From an uncultured Acidobacteriaceae bacterium (lineage in GTDB: Bacteria; Acidobacteriota; Terriglobia; Terriglobales; Acidobacteriaceae), in assembly GCA_963721155.1 (NCBI GenBank), contig CAVRID010000017.1:863-64862 (forward strand): a DNA stretch of 64,000 bases, read 5' to 3'. The translations under genes were made by a program, and so were the position numbers. The notes beneath the pieces were generated by a model, which did not search any database, was not told the origin of the DNA, and worked only from the letters and a program-made list of their open reading frames with translations. This document shows, one piece after another, positions 45,958 through 55,531 of the stretch (its first letter is position 1; each line of letters begins with the position of its first letter).

Positions 45958-45990
45958 CGACATCGGATTTTCCGATGTCGGGTTTCGACT
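45958..45990 (+). terminator. Candidate intrinsic terminator at the end of the cluster
   Basis: A perfect 9-bp stem CGACATCGG/CCGATGTCG with a 5-nt loop is followed by GGTTTCGACTT, which is only a weak T-tract. Confidence 0.4.
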
Positions 45991-46055
45991 TGTAATGAAG
46001 GCAATGCTTGATCGCAATAGTAGGCGAGGACCCGGTTAGTCCTCCACGCCGGTGA

Positions 46056-46463
46056 TCACGAAGGGCTGCTACCATACTCGACGCCAGCCGCCAACATCAC
46101 AGCAAATAACGTGGCCTGTTGCACCGCATCATTGGGGAGTACCATCGCTAACGGTCGTGCCGCCCGAATCTCAGAGGTCGCAGGCACGACGAATTCTTCC
46201 TCAACGTACGAATCACCCATGTCTTCGTTTGAGCGGACAAGGTCTAAGAAGCACCGTTTGTCTGCTGGAGAAGAAAACGAAAACAGGATTTCGTAAATCT
46301 CAGCATCTGGGTCACCGACTAATGCGAGCACGCGTGTGTCGGTTAGCCAGGCATAACCGAGCAAATATCCAATGTCCTCCGCGTTCCGGGCCCGAGTCCT
46401 AGAATCCTCCGTTGACAAGAACTCAAGCGTGCATAGCCAGTCCTTTTCATCAAGCCGGAGCAA
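46056..46463 (-). CDS. Hypothetical small acidic protein
   Basis: 135-aa ORF with protein-like composition. No motif was recognised. Confidence 0.3.
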   Translation of the reverse strand: MLRLDEKDWLCTLEFLSTEDSRTRARNAEDIGYLLGYAWLTDTRVLALVGDPDAEIYEILFSFSSPADKRCFLDLVRSNEDMGDSYVEEEFVVPATSEIRAARPLAMVLPNDAVQQATLFAVMLAAGVEYGSSPS

Positions 46464-46694
46464 TTCTGGGTTTCTGACAGCGGCACCACCAATTACTTCA
46501 AGGGCTCGCTGGTCAACGGCGAGATGCGCTATGTCTACGAAATGCCCAACGCACCGTCAAGGGGGACATTGACCCGACACTTGACTCTTTCGAAGCTACC
46601 GGACGGCAGCGTGCGTCAGCTGTCGGAACGTTCAACGGACACCGGCAAGACTTGGGTAACCGAGTACGATTTTGTTTACATGAAAAAACAATAG
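46437..46694 (+). pseudogene. Start-less C-terminal gene fragment (DUF1579-like beta-barrel tail?)
   Basis: About 85 codons are open with no plausible start. The fragment reads '...GSLVNGEMRYVYEMP...LSERSTDTGKTWVTEYDFVYMKKQ*'. Confidence 0.3.
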
Positions 46695-46718
46695 AGGATT
46701 GAAGCAGACGGTCCGACG

Positions 46719-46990
46719 ATGAAACAGATCCTGGATAAACGCCCGTTCCTGATTTTATGGTTGACCATCACATCCATCTGCTGCGCGCCAACCAGCAACG
46801 CTCAGCAGAGCGTGCTGACATTGGCCTATCAACTCACTCATATTGACCAGGGCGAGCCGTTTCTTTGTCCGGACGGCGCGAAAATCGTCTTTGAGACAAG
46901 CGTTGCGGAATTCCAGCAGGTCTTCATCATGAACGCGGATGGAACCGGCCGAACGCAGGTCACCCACGACCCAACGGACAATGGAACACC
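46719..46990 (+). pseudogene. N-terminal fragment of a TolB-like/WD40-like periplasmic beta-propeller gene
   Basis: A signal peptide is followed by 'PDGAKIVFE...IMNADGTGRTQVTHDPTDNGTPA'. Protein-like sequence is then lost exactly where the integrase frame begins. Confidence 0.45.
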
Positions 46991-48030
46991 TGCAAAGGAC
47001 TTATCTACCGGCTGCGGGCAGCGATTGGATGCTGCCGCTTTGCGATCGCTACATCGAGCAGATACTCCGTCCCTGTCTCGACGTTCCTCTTGGCGGCGTG
47101 CAGGACAGCACGTCGCCAATGTCCTTCCAGTACGCGAAGTCTTACCAGTCGGCCCTGAACCGCTGGGTCCGGCCGCATTGGCAGGATTACCGGCTTCAGG
47201 AATTCAACAAGCCTGCGGTCCGGGCGAGCATCGAGGAATGGCTGCGCTCCTTATGGCGCTCACCCAAGAACGCCAATGGTCTTGCACCGAAAATGGTTCG
47301 CTCCATTTGGAACGTGATGAAGCTCGCGTTCAAGTTCGCAGTGAAGTGGGGCTACCTAAACGAGAACCCGATGGGCGAAAAGCGGGTCGAATTACCCCGT
47401 GGCTCGATCAAACGGCAAAAGCAACCGATGCAGTTAACGGCAGCCGGGTTCTTCTCGCTATTGAGCCGATTGGGGCCTTGCGAGAAAGTAGCAGTCGCTT
47501 TTGCGGGCTGGCTGGGGCCGCGTATCAGCGAGGCATTCGGACTAAAGTGGCAGGATCTGGAATTGGATCTCGGCGTGGTGTCCTTTCGCCAAGGCTGCGT
47601 CCAAGGACGAATAACGCCACTCAAGACCGAAGCGTCACGCACCAATTTGCCGGTACCGGAAGAGGTGTTGGAGTTGCTGCGCCAGTGGCGCTCCGTCACC
47701 ATTTACGGCGCAGCCGACGATTGGGTCTTTGCCTCGCCCTACACGAAGGGCAAGCGACCGTTCTGGCCGGCGCAGTTGCTGAAGACGCACATCAAGCCGG
47801 TTGCCTTGGCGCTTGGTCTTCCCAACATCGGCTGGCACAGCTTCCGCCACACGGTGAGCGCTTGGGGCAAAGAGGCAGGACTCGAGTTGGAGGAGGTCAA
47901 AACTCTTCTGCGGCACGAGAATCTCGCCACCACATCCGAGGTCTACGGCGATCTTGGAATGGAAGCCAAGCGGAGGATTCAGCAGCAGCTGGTGAACTTC
48001 GTCAAGCCGCAGGCCACACGCGTCCAGTAG
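46981..48030 (+). CDS. Tyrosine-type site-specific recombinase (phage/island integrase)
   Basis: The catalytic region 'HSFRHTVSAWGKEAGLELEEVKTLLRHENLATTSEVYG' shows R..HxxR..Y. It lies 86 nt from the 3' end of tRNA-Asn. The N-terminus may be truncated (an alternative start is at 46939). Confidence 0.85.
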   Translation: MEHLQRTYLPAAGSDWMLPLCDRYIEQILRPCLDVPLGGVQDSTSPMSFQYAKSYQSALNRWVRPHWQDYRLQEFNKPAVRASIEEWLRSLWRSPKNANGLAPKMVRSIWNVMKLAFKFAVKWGYLNENPMGEKRVELPRGSIKRQKQPMQLTAAGFFSLLSRLGPCEKVAVAFAGWLGPRISEAFGLKWQDLELDLGVVSFRQGCVQGRITPLKTEASRTNLPVPEEVLELLRQWRSVTIYGAADDWVFASPYTKGKRPFWPAQLLKTHIKPVALALGLPNIGWHSFRHTVSAWGKEAGLELEEVKTLLRHENLATTSEVYGDLGMEAKRRIQQQLVNFVKPQATRVQ

Positions 48031-48115
48031 AGGCCTGTACCCACCTAGTAAGCTTATGTGACCCTTATCTGACCCAGATTGTTTTCGCGGATTCGCGGCA
48101 AGTCCAAGAAAAGAA

Positions 48116-48191
<76 letters not shown>

Positions 48192-48422
48192 TGTCTGTGC
48201 GCTGTCGGCAGCGCGTCAAGTTGTAGCTGTATTGTAGCGGCACCCGCAGATGCCGTCAAAAGATTCGCGTAACTGAAAGGCACCAGCTGTTCCGTTTTGG
48301 TGCAGGCGCAGTCCTACCGATCGCTTACGATTTTGGGTCGCCACCGCGCCGTCGCGGCGCATTTCGCTGCCCGCTCGGCGGACACTGACCGGATTGTAAC
48401 CCACACTGTTAAACTCGTTGCG

Positions 48423-50567
48423 ATGAATTTCCATGACATCGTCCGCTATTCGCTCACTTTTGGCGCGTCAATGATGCTGCTGGCAACGGCACTGGCGCAG
48501 ACCAATGGCGGCGCCTCTACCATGACCATTTCAAAGCCTCCCGCGACCAAACAACAGCCCGTCACCGACGATTACTTCGGCCACAAAGTTGTTGACCCAT
48601 ACCGCTGGCTCGAAGATGGAAACAGTCCGGAGACCCAGCAATGGGTCGCCCAGCAGTTGGCTTACACGCGCAGCATTCTCGACAAGTTGCCCGGCCGCGA
48701 CAAGCTGCACGGACGCATTGAGCAGTTGCTCGAGATCGGCAACCTGGGCGAGACGCAAGTGGGCGGCGAATATTACTTTCACACTCGCCGCGAAGGCAAG
48801 CAGAACCAGCCCGTCCTCTACGTTCGCAAGCGTGTGGATGGCAAAGACGAGGTGCTGGTCGACGTCAATCAGCTCTCTAAGGATGGAACGGTCGCGCTTG
48901 ACTGGTGGCAGACATCGCGTGACGGCAGGTTTGTCGCCTACGGAACCTCCGAGAGCGGTTCTGAGATGAGCACACTGCACGTCATCGAAACCGCCACCAT
49001 GAAGCTCTTGCCCGACAGCATCGAACGCACGCGTGCGGCCAGCGTAGCGTGGAAGCCTGACGACAGCGGCTTCTATTACACGCGTTACCCCAAGAAGGGC
49101 GCTGTGGCAGAAGGCCAGGAGATGTACAACCGGCACGTGTTCTATCACCCACTCGGGGGCGATCCTGCGAAAGACCCTCTTATCTTCGGAGAGGGCCGCG
49201 ACCCGGAGGATTGGCCGAATGTAACTTTGTCAAACGACGGCCGGTGGCTCTGCATTATGGTCGAGCAGGGCTGGACCAAAAATGAAGTCTTCCTCAAGGA
49301 CTTGGAGGCCAACACCACACCGCTGCGTATCACCAGCGGGAAAGACTTCCTTTACTTCGTCCATATCTATGACGGCGATCTTTACATCCTGACCAATGAA
49401 GGCGGTCCACGCTTTCGCGTTTTCAAGGCCCCGGTAACGACGCCGGCGCGAGAACGGTGGCGCGAGATCATTCCAGAATCTGATGCTGTGCTTAAGGAAG
49501 TGCGCATCATCGGTGGCCAACTGTTCGCACTTTACGAACAAAACGCGCATTCGCTTCTGCGGCGTCTCACCACCGACGGTAAGCCGCTGGGTGAAATTGA
49601 TCTTCCTACCCTCGGCACGATTGTCAACCTGGGTGGTGAGTACGACAGCACCAACGCGTTCTATCTCTTCACTTCATTCACGGTGCCCACCACGATCTGC
49701 CGTTTCGACATCCACTCGGCAAAGAGCACGCGGTGGGACTCGGTCCCATCGGGCATTGACAGCAATGACTATGAAACCAGGCAGGTGTGGTACACGTCGA
49801 AAGACGGTACGCAGGTTCCCATGTTTCTTGTCATGCGCAAGGGACTGAAGCTAACGGGCCACGGTCCTGCTCTGCTGACGGCCTATGGCGGGTTCAACGT
49901 CAGCTTGACGCCGGAATTCAATAAGGCGTTGTTCCCGTGGCTTGATCATGGCGGCGTATTCGCTGTGGCCAATCTGCGTGGCGGCTCCGAGTTCGGCGAA
50001 GATTGGCATCGCGCCGGCATGCTCGACAAGAAGCAGAACGTATTCGACGATTTCATTGCCGCGGCGGAGTATCTGCAGAAAGAGGGCTACACCGACAAAG
50101 AGCACCTTGCCATTCGCGGCGGCAGCAACGGTGGCCTGCTGATGGGTGTGGCGATCACGCAACGGCCTGACCTGTTCCGTGCCGTGATCTGCCAGGTGCC
50201 GCTACTCGACATGCTGCGTTACCAGAACTTCCAAATCGCCAAGCTGTGGATCCCGGAGTACGGTTCCTCGCAGGACCAGAAGCAGTTCGAGTGGCTATAT
50301 GCCTACTCGCCGTATCATCACGTCAAGGAAGGCACGATCTATCCTGCGGTGCTGTTCATGACTGCCGATACCGACACGCGCGTCGATCCCATGCACGCCA
50401 AGAAGATGACCGCGTTGCTTCAGGCGGACAATGGCGGGCCGAACCCGATTCTGCTGCGCATCGAGCCTAAAGCCGGACATGGAGCAGGCAAACCTATCGC
50501 GAAGCAAGTGGAAGAGTGGACCGACATCTACTCGTTCTTATTCTGGCAGTTGGGGATGACGCCGTAG
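48423..50567 (+). CDS. Prolyl oligopeptidase (S9A family), secreted
   Basis: ATG at 48423 gives a signal peptide. 'DDYFGHKVVDPYRWLED' is the POP N-terminal signature. 'GGSNGGLLMG' holds the catalytic Ser. Confidence 0.9.
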   Translation: MNFHDIVRYSLTFGASMMLLATALAQTNGGASTMTISKPPATKQQPVTDDYFGHKVVDPYRWLEDGNSPETQQWVAQQLAYTRSILDKLPGRDKLHGRIEQLLEIGNLGETQVGGEYYFHTRREGKQNQPVLYVRKRVDGKDEVLVDVNQLSKDGTVALDWWQTSRDGRFVAYGTSESGSEMSTLHVIETATMKLLPDSIERTRAASVAWKPDDSGFYYTRYPKKGAVAEGQEMYNRHVFYHPLGGDPAKDPLIFGEGRDPEDWPNVTLSNDGRWLCIMVEQGWTKNEVFLKDLEANTTPLRITSGKDFLYFVHIYDGDLYILTNEGGPRFRVFKAPVTTPARERWREIIPESDAVLKEVRIIGGQLFALYEQNAHSLLRRLTTDGKPLGEIDLPTLGTIVNLGGEYDSTNAFYLFTSFTVPTTICRFDIHSAKSTRWDSVPSGIDSNDYETRQVWYTSKDGTQVPMFLVMRKGLKLTGHGPALLTAYGGFNVSLTPEFNKALFPWLDHGGVFAVANLRGGSEFGEDWHRAGMLDKKQNVFDDFIAAAEYLQKEGYTDKEHLAIRGGSNGGLLMGVAITQRPDLFRAVICQVPLLDMLRYQNFQIAKLWIPEYGSSQDQKQFEWLYAYSPYHHVKEGTIYPAVLFMTADTDTRVDPMHAKKMTALLQADNGGPNPILLRIEPKAGHGAGKPIAKQVEEWTDIYSFLFWQLGMTP

Positions 50568-50572
50568 AAGCT

Positions 50573-50600
50573 GTCAGCCATCAGCTTTCAGCCGTCAGCT
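50573..50600. repeat. Heptanucleotide tandem repeat (NTCAGCY)x4
   Basis: GTCAGCC ATCAGCT TTCAGCC GTCAGCT begins 6 nt after the stop codon at 50565-50567. Confidence 0.7.
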
Positions 50601-50668
50601 AGGGGCAGGGCTGTATGTTTGCGCGCAGAAATAAGGGCATCCGCATCGGTTAGGTGAGATAATAGGGT

Positions 50669-50851
50669 ATGACTTACTACCGAGTTGAATTTCCGGCCGG
50701 AACCCCCAAGCCGCATCATCCTAAGAGGTTCCGCACCGAAGAAAAGGCGAAGCAGCACGCCAGAAAAGTCCTTGGCATAACAGAAGATGGCGGTTTGGCC
50801 GCGAGGGTCACTATTCTCCCGGTCAGCAGCAATGAAGTGGCACCATCATGA
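50669..50851 (+). CDS. Small hypothetical protein
   Basis: 60-aa ORF whose stop overlaps the next start (ATGA). Confidence 0.3.
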   Translation: MTYYRVEFPAGTPKPHHPKRFRTEEKAKQHARKVLGITEDGGLAARVTILPVSSNEVAPS

Positions 50852-51036
50852 TCTGTCCAGAGTGTGGAGGGGAGCTGTCTAAAGTATGGCAGCCTCAACA
50901 GGCGGTCACCACTCTCCCCATCTCGCGAGTACAGTGGCACTGCGGGACCTGCGGCGGAACCTTCACCCGTGAACAGTTGCGCCCTCCGGCTAAGCGGCAA
51001 CCAGCTGCTCCCGCGCAAGAGCCCCTTCTCCCCTAA
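50848..51036 (+). CDS. Small zinc-ribbon protein
   Basis: 'CPEC' and 'CGTC' form a CxxC...CxxC pair. The gene is translationally coupled to the upstream ORF. Confidence 0.4.
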   Translation: MICPECGGELSKVWQPQQAVTTLPISRVQWHCGTCGGTFTREQLRPPAKRQPAAPAQEPLLP

Positions 51037-51257
51037 GAGTTTGTGGACTGCTCCGGCTTGGGGATTGTTGACCTAAGCCTAGACTTGATCGAGATCTCGC
51101 TTGCGTGAAGCAGTCGGGATAACTGCTTACATCAGGCGTTCAACGTACTGCATTCCGGTTAACTTCATGCGGCGTGACTGTCAATTACTGGGGTTGCGCG
51201 CTGCCAATACTACCCGATAGCATTAAAGGTTTGCAGTTCGCTGCGGAGGGCAATTTT

Positions 51258-52793
51258 ATGGCTACTATGGAACAAAAACCGGCAGGCGTTCATACCGGCG
51301 CTAAAACCAAAGTGTTCAAGAACTTTATCGGCGGAGAGTGGGTCGAGAGCCGCACCGGTCGCACTTTTGAGAATCTCAATCCCGCCGACACGCGCGAAGT
51401 GGTCGGCATCTTCCAGAAATCCGGCAAAGAAGACGTAGATCATGCCATCGAAACCGCCAAGCAGGCGTTCAAGAAGTGGCGGCTGGTGCCGGCGCCGCGC
51501 CGCGCCGAGATGCTCTACAAAGCCTCCGAGCTGCTGATCACGCGCAAAGAGGAATACGCCCGCGACATGACCCGGGAGATGGGCAAGGTTATCAAGGAGA
51601 CGCGCGGCGACGTGCAGGAAGCCATCGACTGTGGCTACTACACGGCCGGCGAAGGCCGACGCTTATTCGGGCCGACGGTGCCGTCGGAGCTGCCGAACAA
51701 GTTTGCGATGGCCATCCGGCAGCCGCTTGGGGTCTGCGCGATGATCACGCCGTGGAACTTCCCAATGGCGATCCCGTCATGGAAGCTTTTTCCGGCGCTG
51801 GTGGCCGGTAACACGGCGGTGATCAAGCCCGCGCAAGACACCCCGCTATCGACTTTCAATTTCGTTCAGGCCCTACATGACGCTGGCATTCCCGCGGGCG
51901 TGGTCAACATTGTTACCGGATTCGGTGGCGAGGTCGGCACGCCGATGACCGAGCATCCGGAGGTGCGCGCGGTTTCGCTTACGGGATCGACGGCGGTGGG
52001 CCGCATTGTCGGTCAGGAGGCGGCCAAGACTTTCAAGCATTGCTCGCTGGAGCTCGGTGGCAAGAACCCGATGATTGTGCTTGACGATGCCAATCTTGAC
52101 CTCGCGCTGGAAGGCGCGCTGTGGGGCGCGTTCGGCACCACCGGGCAGCGCTGCACCGCGACCAGCCGCATCATCATTCAGAAGGGTGTGTACAAGAAGT
52201 TCGTGGATGAACTGGTGGCGCGCGCGAAGAAGCTGAAGGTGGGCAATGGTCTGGACGAGAGCGTGGACATGGGTCCGGCAGTCAACTCCAGCCAGATGGA
52301 GACCGACCTGAAGTACATCAAGATCGGCAAGGACGAAGGCGCAAAGATGCTGTGCGGCGGACATCGACTGGAAGGCGAAGCGTACAACCATGGGTGGTTT
52401 GTTGCGCCCACGGTGTTCGCGGATGTCGATCCCAAGATGCGCATCGCGCAGGAAGAAATCTTTGGGCCGGTGGTTTCTATCATCCCGTGCGATGGCCTGG
52501 AGAACGCCATCGAGATCGCCAATGACATTGAGTACGGATTGTCATCGTCGATCTACACCAAGGACGTGAACAAGGCGTTCACGGCGATGCGCGATCTTTA
52601 CGCCGGCATCACTTACATCAACGCACCGACGATCGGCGCCGAAGTGCATCTGCCCTTCGGCGGCACCAAGGCCACGGGCAATGGTCATCGTGAAGGCGGT
52701 ATCGGGGCTATCGATTTCTACACTGAGTGGAAGTCGGTGTATGTAGATTATTCGGATAAGTTGCAGCGCGCCCAGATCGACCGTCCGGAGTGA
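51258..52793 (+). CDS. NAD(P)+-dependent aldehyde dehydrogenase family protein
   Basis: ATG at 51258 follows GGAGGG. Motifs include 'PWNFP', 'VIKPAQDTP', 'ELGGKNP', 'GQRCTA' and 'EEIFGPV'. Confidence 0.9.
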   Translation: MATMEQKPAGVHTGAKTKVFKNFIGGEWVESRTGRTFENLNPADTREVVGIFQKSGKEDVDHAIETAKQAFKKWRLVPAPRRAEMLYKASELLITRKEEYARDMTREMGKVIKETRGDVQEAIDCGYYTAGEGRRLFGPTVPSELPNKFAMAIRQPLGVCAMITPWNFPMAIPSWKLFPALVAGNTAVIKPAQDTPLSTFNFVQALHDAGIPAGVVNIVTGFGGEVGTPMTEHPEVRAVSLTGSTAVGRIVGQEAAKTFKHCSLELGGKNPMIVLDDANLDLALEGALWGAFGTTGQRCTATSRIIIQKGVYKKFVDELVARAKKLKVGNGLDESVDMGPAVNSSQMETDLKYIKIGKDEGAKMLCGGHRLEGEAYNHGWFVAPTVFADVDPKMRIAQEEIFGPVVSIIPCDGLENAIEIANDIEYGLSSSIYTKDVNKAFTAMRDLYAGITYINAPTIGAEVHLPFGGTKATGNGHREGGIGAIDFYTEWKSVYVDYSDKLQRAQIDRPE

Positions 52794-52908
52794 GGTTCAC
52801 GTTTGCCAGGGGGCTGTTTTACGAAATGCGCAACTCTGGCTTGCGGAAAGCCCCTCAACGCGCAACAATAGATCTATTCGGTCCTTGTCACAGCGCGTTG
52901 CGCGGAAG

Positions 52909-52940
52909 CCGTGCCGGGTGAGGCGCGGCGTGTGTTTTTG
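52909..52940 (+). terminator. Candidate intrinsic terminator after the aldehyde dehydrogenase gene
   Basis: The stem CCGTGCC/GGCGCGG (one G-U pair) with loop GGGTGA is followed by CGTGTGTTTTTG. Confidence 0.4.
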
Positions 52941-53000
52941 TAACGTACACGCGGTTCAGGTCATCGAATGAAGTGAGTAGTAAAGAAGCGTCAACCTGTA

Positions 53001-53133
53001 GCTTCAACATCCCCGTAGGTCGGGCGCAGTACGCGTAGTGGATCTACTGAAGCCTCGGGTCAGCTTTCAACATCCCCGTTCCAGGGCGTGAGTTTCTCAT
53101 CAAGACGAAGCCGCGTGGCTGGGACTGAAGGCA
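53001..53133 (+). promoter_or_regulatory. NAD+ class I riboswitch (tandem nadA motif) in the nadA leader
   Basis: There are two tandem domains, each with the conserved 'CAACAUCCCCGU' bulge. Domain 1 has P1 GCTTCA (53001-06) / TGAAGC (53048-53). Domain 2 has P1 GCTTTCA (53063-69) / TGAAGGC (53126-32). The 3' strand of domain-2 P1 overlaps the GAAGG Shine-Dalgarno sequence 11 nt before the GTG start at 53144. Confidence 0.75.
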
Positions 53134-53143
53134 GAGACAAAAA

Positions 53144-54262
53144 GTGGCTACAGCACCGATTATCGAAGCGGTATCCTGCTCGCTCGAAAACTATCTGGTA
53201 CTTCCCGATAGCTCCATGGACGGCCGTATTGCGGCCGCCAAAGCTACCTTGGGCAGCGAGTGCATCATTCTTGGACATCATTATCAGCGCGATGAAGTCG
53301 TCCGCTTTGCCGATTGCCGTGGCGATTCCTATCGCCTGTCGCAGATGGCGGCGCAGGCCAAAGGCAGCTACATCGTCTTCTGCGGCGTGCATTTCATGGC
53401 GGAAAGCGCCGACATATTGGCTCGGCCCGGACAAGCCGTCGTTCTGCCGGACCTGAACGCCGGTTGTTCCATGGCCGATATGGCCGAGATCGGGCAGGTG
53501 GAAGACGCCTGGGAGCAACTCGTCCATCTCCGGCTGACCGACGATGAAGGACACGGCATCACCCCAATTACTTACATGAACTCTACCGCTGCCATTAAGG
53601 CATTCTGTGGCGAGCGCGGAGGCATGGTGTGCACTTCCTCCAACGCGAAGTCTGCGTTCGAGTGGGCCTTCAATCGGAATGGCAAGATTTTGTTCCTACC
53701 CGACCAGCACCTGGGGCGCAACACGGGTTATGCGCGCGGCATTCCGCTGGACGAGATGGTGGTTTGGGATCCCTATATGCTCCAAGGTGGCCAGACCGCG
53801 GATCGACTGCGCAAAGCCAAAGTGATTTTGTGGAAGGGGCATTGCTCGGTGCATCAGCGTTTTCTGCCCGAGCATGTGGAGAAAGTGAGAGCGAACTATC
53901 CGGGGATCCAGGTCATGGTCCATCCCGAATGCCGCTGGGAGGTCTGCCAGAAGGCCGACGGGATCGGCTCGACCGATTACCTCATCAAAGTTGTGCGGCA
54001 AGCGCCCGCAGGATCGCAGTTCGCCATCGGAACGGAGATTCACCTGGTAAACCGTCTGGCGAAAGAAAATCCCGACAAGCACGTCATTACACTCGACGAC
54101 TCCGGCTGCCTTTGCACGACCATGTTCCGCATCTCGCCGCAACACTTGTGCTGGGCGCTGGAAAACCTGGTGGACGGCAACGTTGTCAATCAAATCAAGG
54201 TAAAAGACAGCGTCAAGAAGTGGGCACGCGTGGCGCTTGATAGAATGTTAGAAATACAGTGA
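53144..54262 (+). CDS. nadA: Quinolinate synthase NadA
   Basis: GTG start. 'CGVHFMAESADIL', 'NAGCSMADMA', 'YMNSTAAIKA', 'MVHPEC' and 'CTTM' (Fe-S Cys ligands) are NadA signatures. Confidence 0.9.
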   Translation: MATAPIIEAVSCSLENYLVLPDSSMDGRIAAAKATLGSECIILGHHYQRDEVVRFADCRGDSYRLSQMAAQAKGSYIVFCGVHFMAESADILARPGQAVVLPDLNAGCSMADMAEIGQVEDAWEQLVHLRLTDDEGHGITPITYMNSTAAIKAFCGERGGMVCTSSNAKSAFEWAFNRNGKILFLPDQHLGRNTGYARGIPLDEMVVWDPYMLQGGQTADRLRKAKVILWKGHCSVHQRFLPEHVEKVRANYPGIQVMVHPECRWEVCQKADGIGSTDYLIKVVRQAPAGSQFAIGTEIHLVNRLAKENPDKHVITLDDSGCLCTTMFRISPQHLCWALENLVDGNVVNQIKVKDSVKKWARVALDRMLEIQ

Positions 54263-54393
54263 TTATTCGCAAACGTCCCCGGGAAAAATATTGGCGTCGC
54301 GTTCCGCGGTATTGGTCGGACCTGCGGGCGTATCGGCGTCGCATGGCAAATCGCCACAAAGCTTACGATCAAGCCGGACTGGGAAGTATAGAT

Positions 54394-54828
54394 ATGGCAC
54401 GTACATTTACCGTTTCCGAAGCTGAGACCCTGCTGCCAGTGCTGGAGTCGCTGCTGCGCTCGGCCATGCAGGCCAAGGCGCTGATTGAAGAAGTTGATGG
54501 CGAGCTGCAATCGCTGGCCAACCGCATCTTCATTAATGGCGGCACGTTAGTTGACGTGGTGTCGGTGGCCCGGCGAAAGGCTGAGCGCGAGAAGGCTGTA
54601 CAGCGCGCCAAGGATGCTGTCGCTGAAATCGATGCAACCGGCGTTCAAGTGAAGGACCTCGACATCGGCCTGCTCGATTTTCCCTGCATCGTGGGGGAAG
54701 AGGTCATCCTGCTCTGCTGGAAGCTAGGTGAGAAAAAGCTCACGCATTGGCATGGTACCGAGGAGGGTTTTGCCGGCCGCAAGCCTATCGACGAGCGCAT
54801 CCTCCGGGGCCAGAAGAAGAGCAATTGA
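54394..54828 (+). CDS. DUF2203 family protein
   Basis: ATG at 54394. 'FTVSEAETLLPVLESLL', 'GVQVKDLDIGLLDFPC' and 'LCWKLGEKKLTHWH' are typical DUF2203 motifs. Confidence 0.65.
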   Translation: MARTFTVSEAETLLPVLESLLRSAMQAKALIEEVDGELQSLANRIFINGGTLVDVVSVARRKAEREKAVQRAKDAVAEIDATGVQVKDLDIGLLDFPCIVGEEVILLCWKLGEKKLTHWHGTEEGFAGRKPIDERILRGQKKSN

Positions 54829-54830
54829 AA

Positions 54831-54865
54831 AACAGCCGTTAGCGATTAGCCATTAGCTCTTAGGA
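54831..54865. repeat. Heptanucleotide tandem repeat (NTTAGCN)x4-5
   Basis: (AACAGCC) GTTAGCG ATTAGCC ATTAGCT CTTAGGA begins 3 nt after the stop at 54826-28 and runs into the RBS of the next gene. Confidence 0.65.
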
Positions 54866-54868
54866 ACA

Positions 54869-55531
54869 ATGAAGAAGTGGATTCTGCTGGCGGTGGGTTT
54901 GCTGCTGCTTCTTCCAGAGGCTTGGTATTTGATTTCCGGTCCGGCTCGACCTGATGATGCCAGAGTTGCGTTTGAAAATTTGGTTGAGATTCCAGTTTCC
55001 CAGTTACAGGAACAGTATTCGGTGAACGTTAGTGTGCCTGCACCGAATAACCCCGCTTGGAAACGCATCATGCGCGGCTGGGGTGAACCCAGCTATACAA
55101 TCGCGCTTCTTTCATCAACCGGGAATTATCAGTATTGCTTCGACAAAGTTAACGTCAAGGTGAGCCAAGAAGATCGTCAGTTGAATCTTGAACATGCCAA
55201 TTGGATATACGGCGTCTCTAGTAGCGACTACGATAAATTTCCTCAGGAGTGCAAGTCGGAGGGCGAGACGTTTCGTGTTCGGCCCGGTTCCATAGTGCAA
55301 ATTCAGCTCGCGGCTAAAGGCGATCAACTACCTCATGGCGCGAACATCATCGTCAGGCCCGTTTGGTACTACACGAAAGACAAATTAGTCGGTTTGGATC
55401 TCGATGAGGATCTGCATCGTATTGCGAGATGGGTGGCTGTCTCAGGATTGGGAATGATGCTATTGGCGGGGTTGCTTTTTGTGAAACACGAACATCGTTC
55501 ATTTGCTCCACAAAAGAATAAGTCGTCATGA
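54869..55531 (+). CDS. Hypothetical bitopic membrane protein
   Basis: The N-terminal ('WILLAVGLLLLL') and C-terminal ('VSGLGMMLLAGLLFV') segments are hydrophobic. The stop overlaps the ABC-F start. Confidence 0.5.
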   Translation: MKKWILLAVGLLLLLPEAWYLISGPARPDDARVAFENLVEIPVSQLQEQYSVNVSVPAPNNPAWKRIMRGWGEPSYTIALLSSTGNYQYCFDKVNVKVSQEDRQLNLEHANWIYGVSSSDYDKFPQECKSEGETFRVRPGSIVQIQLAAKGDQLPHGANIIVRPVWYYTKDKLVGLDLDEDLHRIARWVAVSGLGMMLLAGLLFVKHEHRSFAPQKNKSS

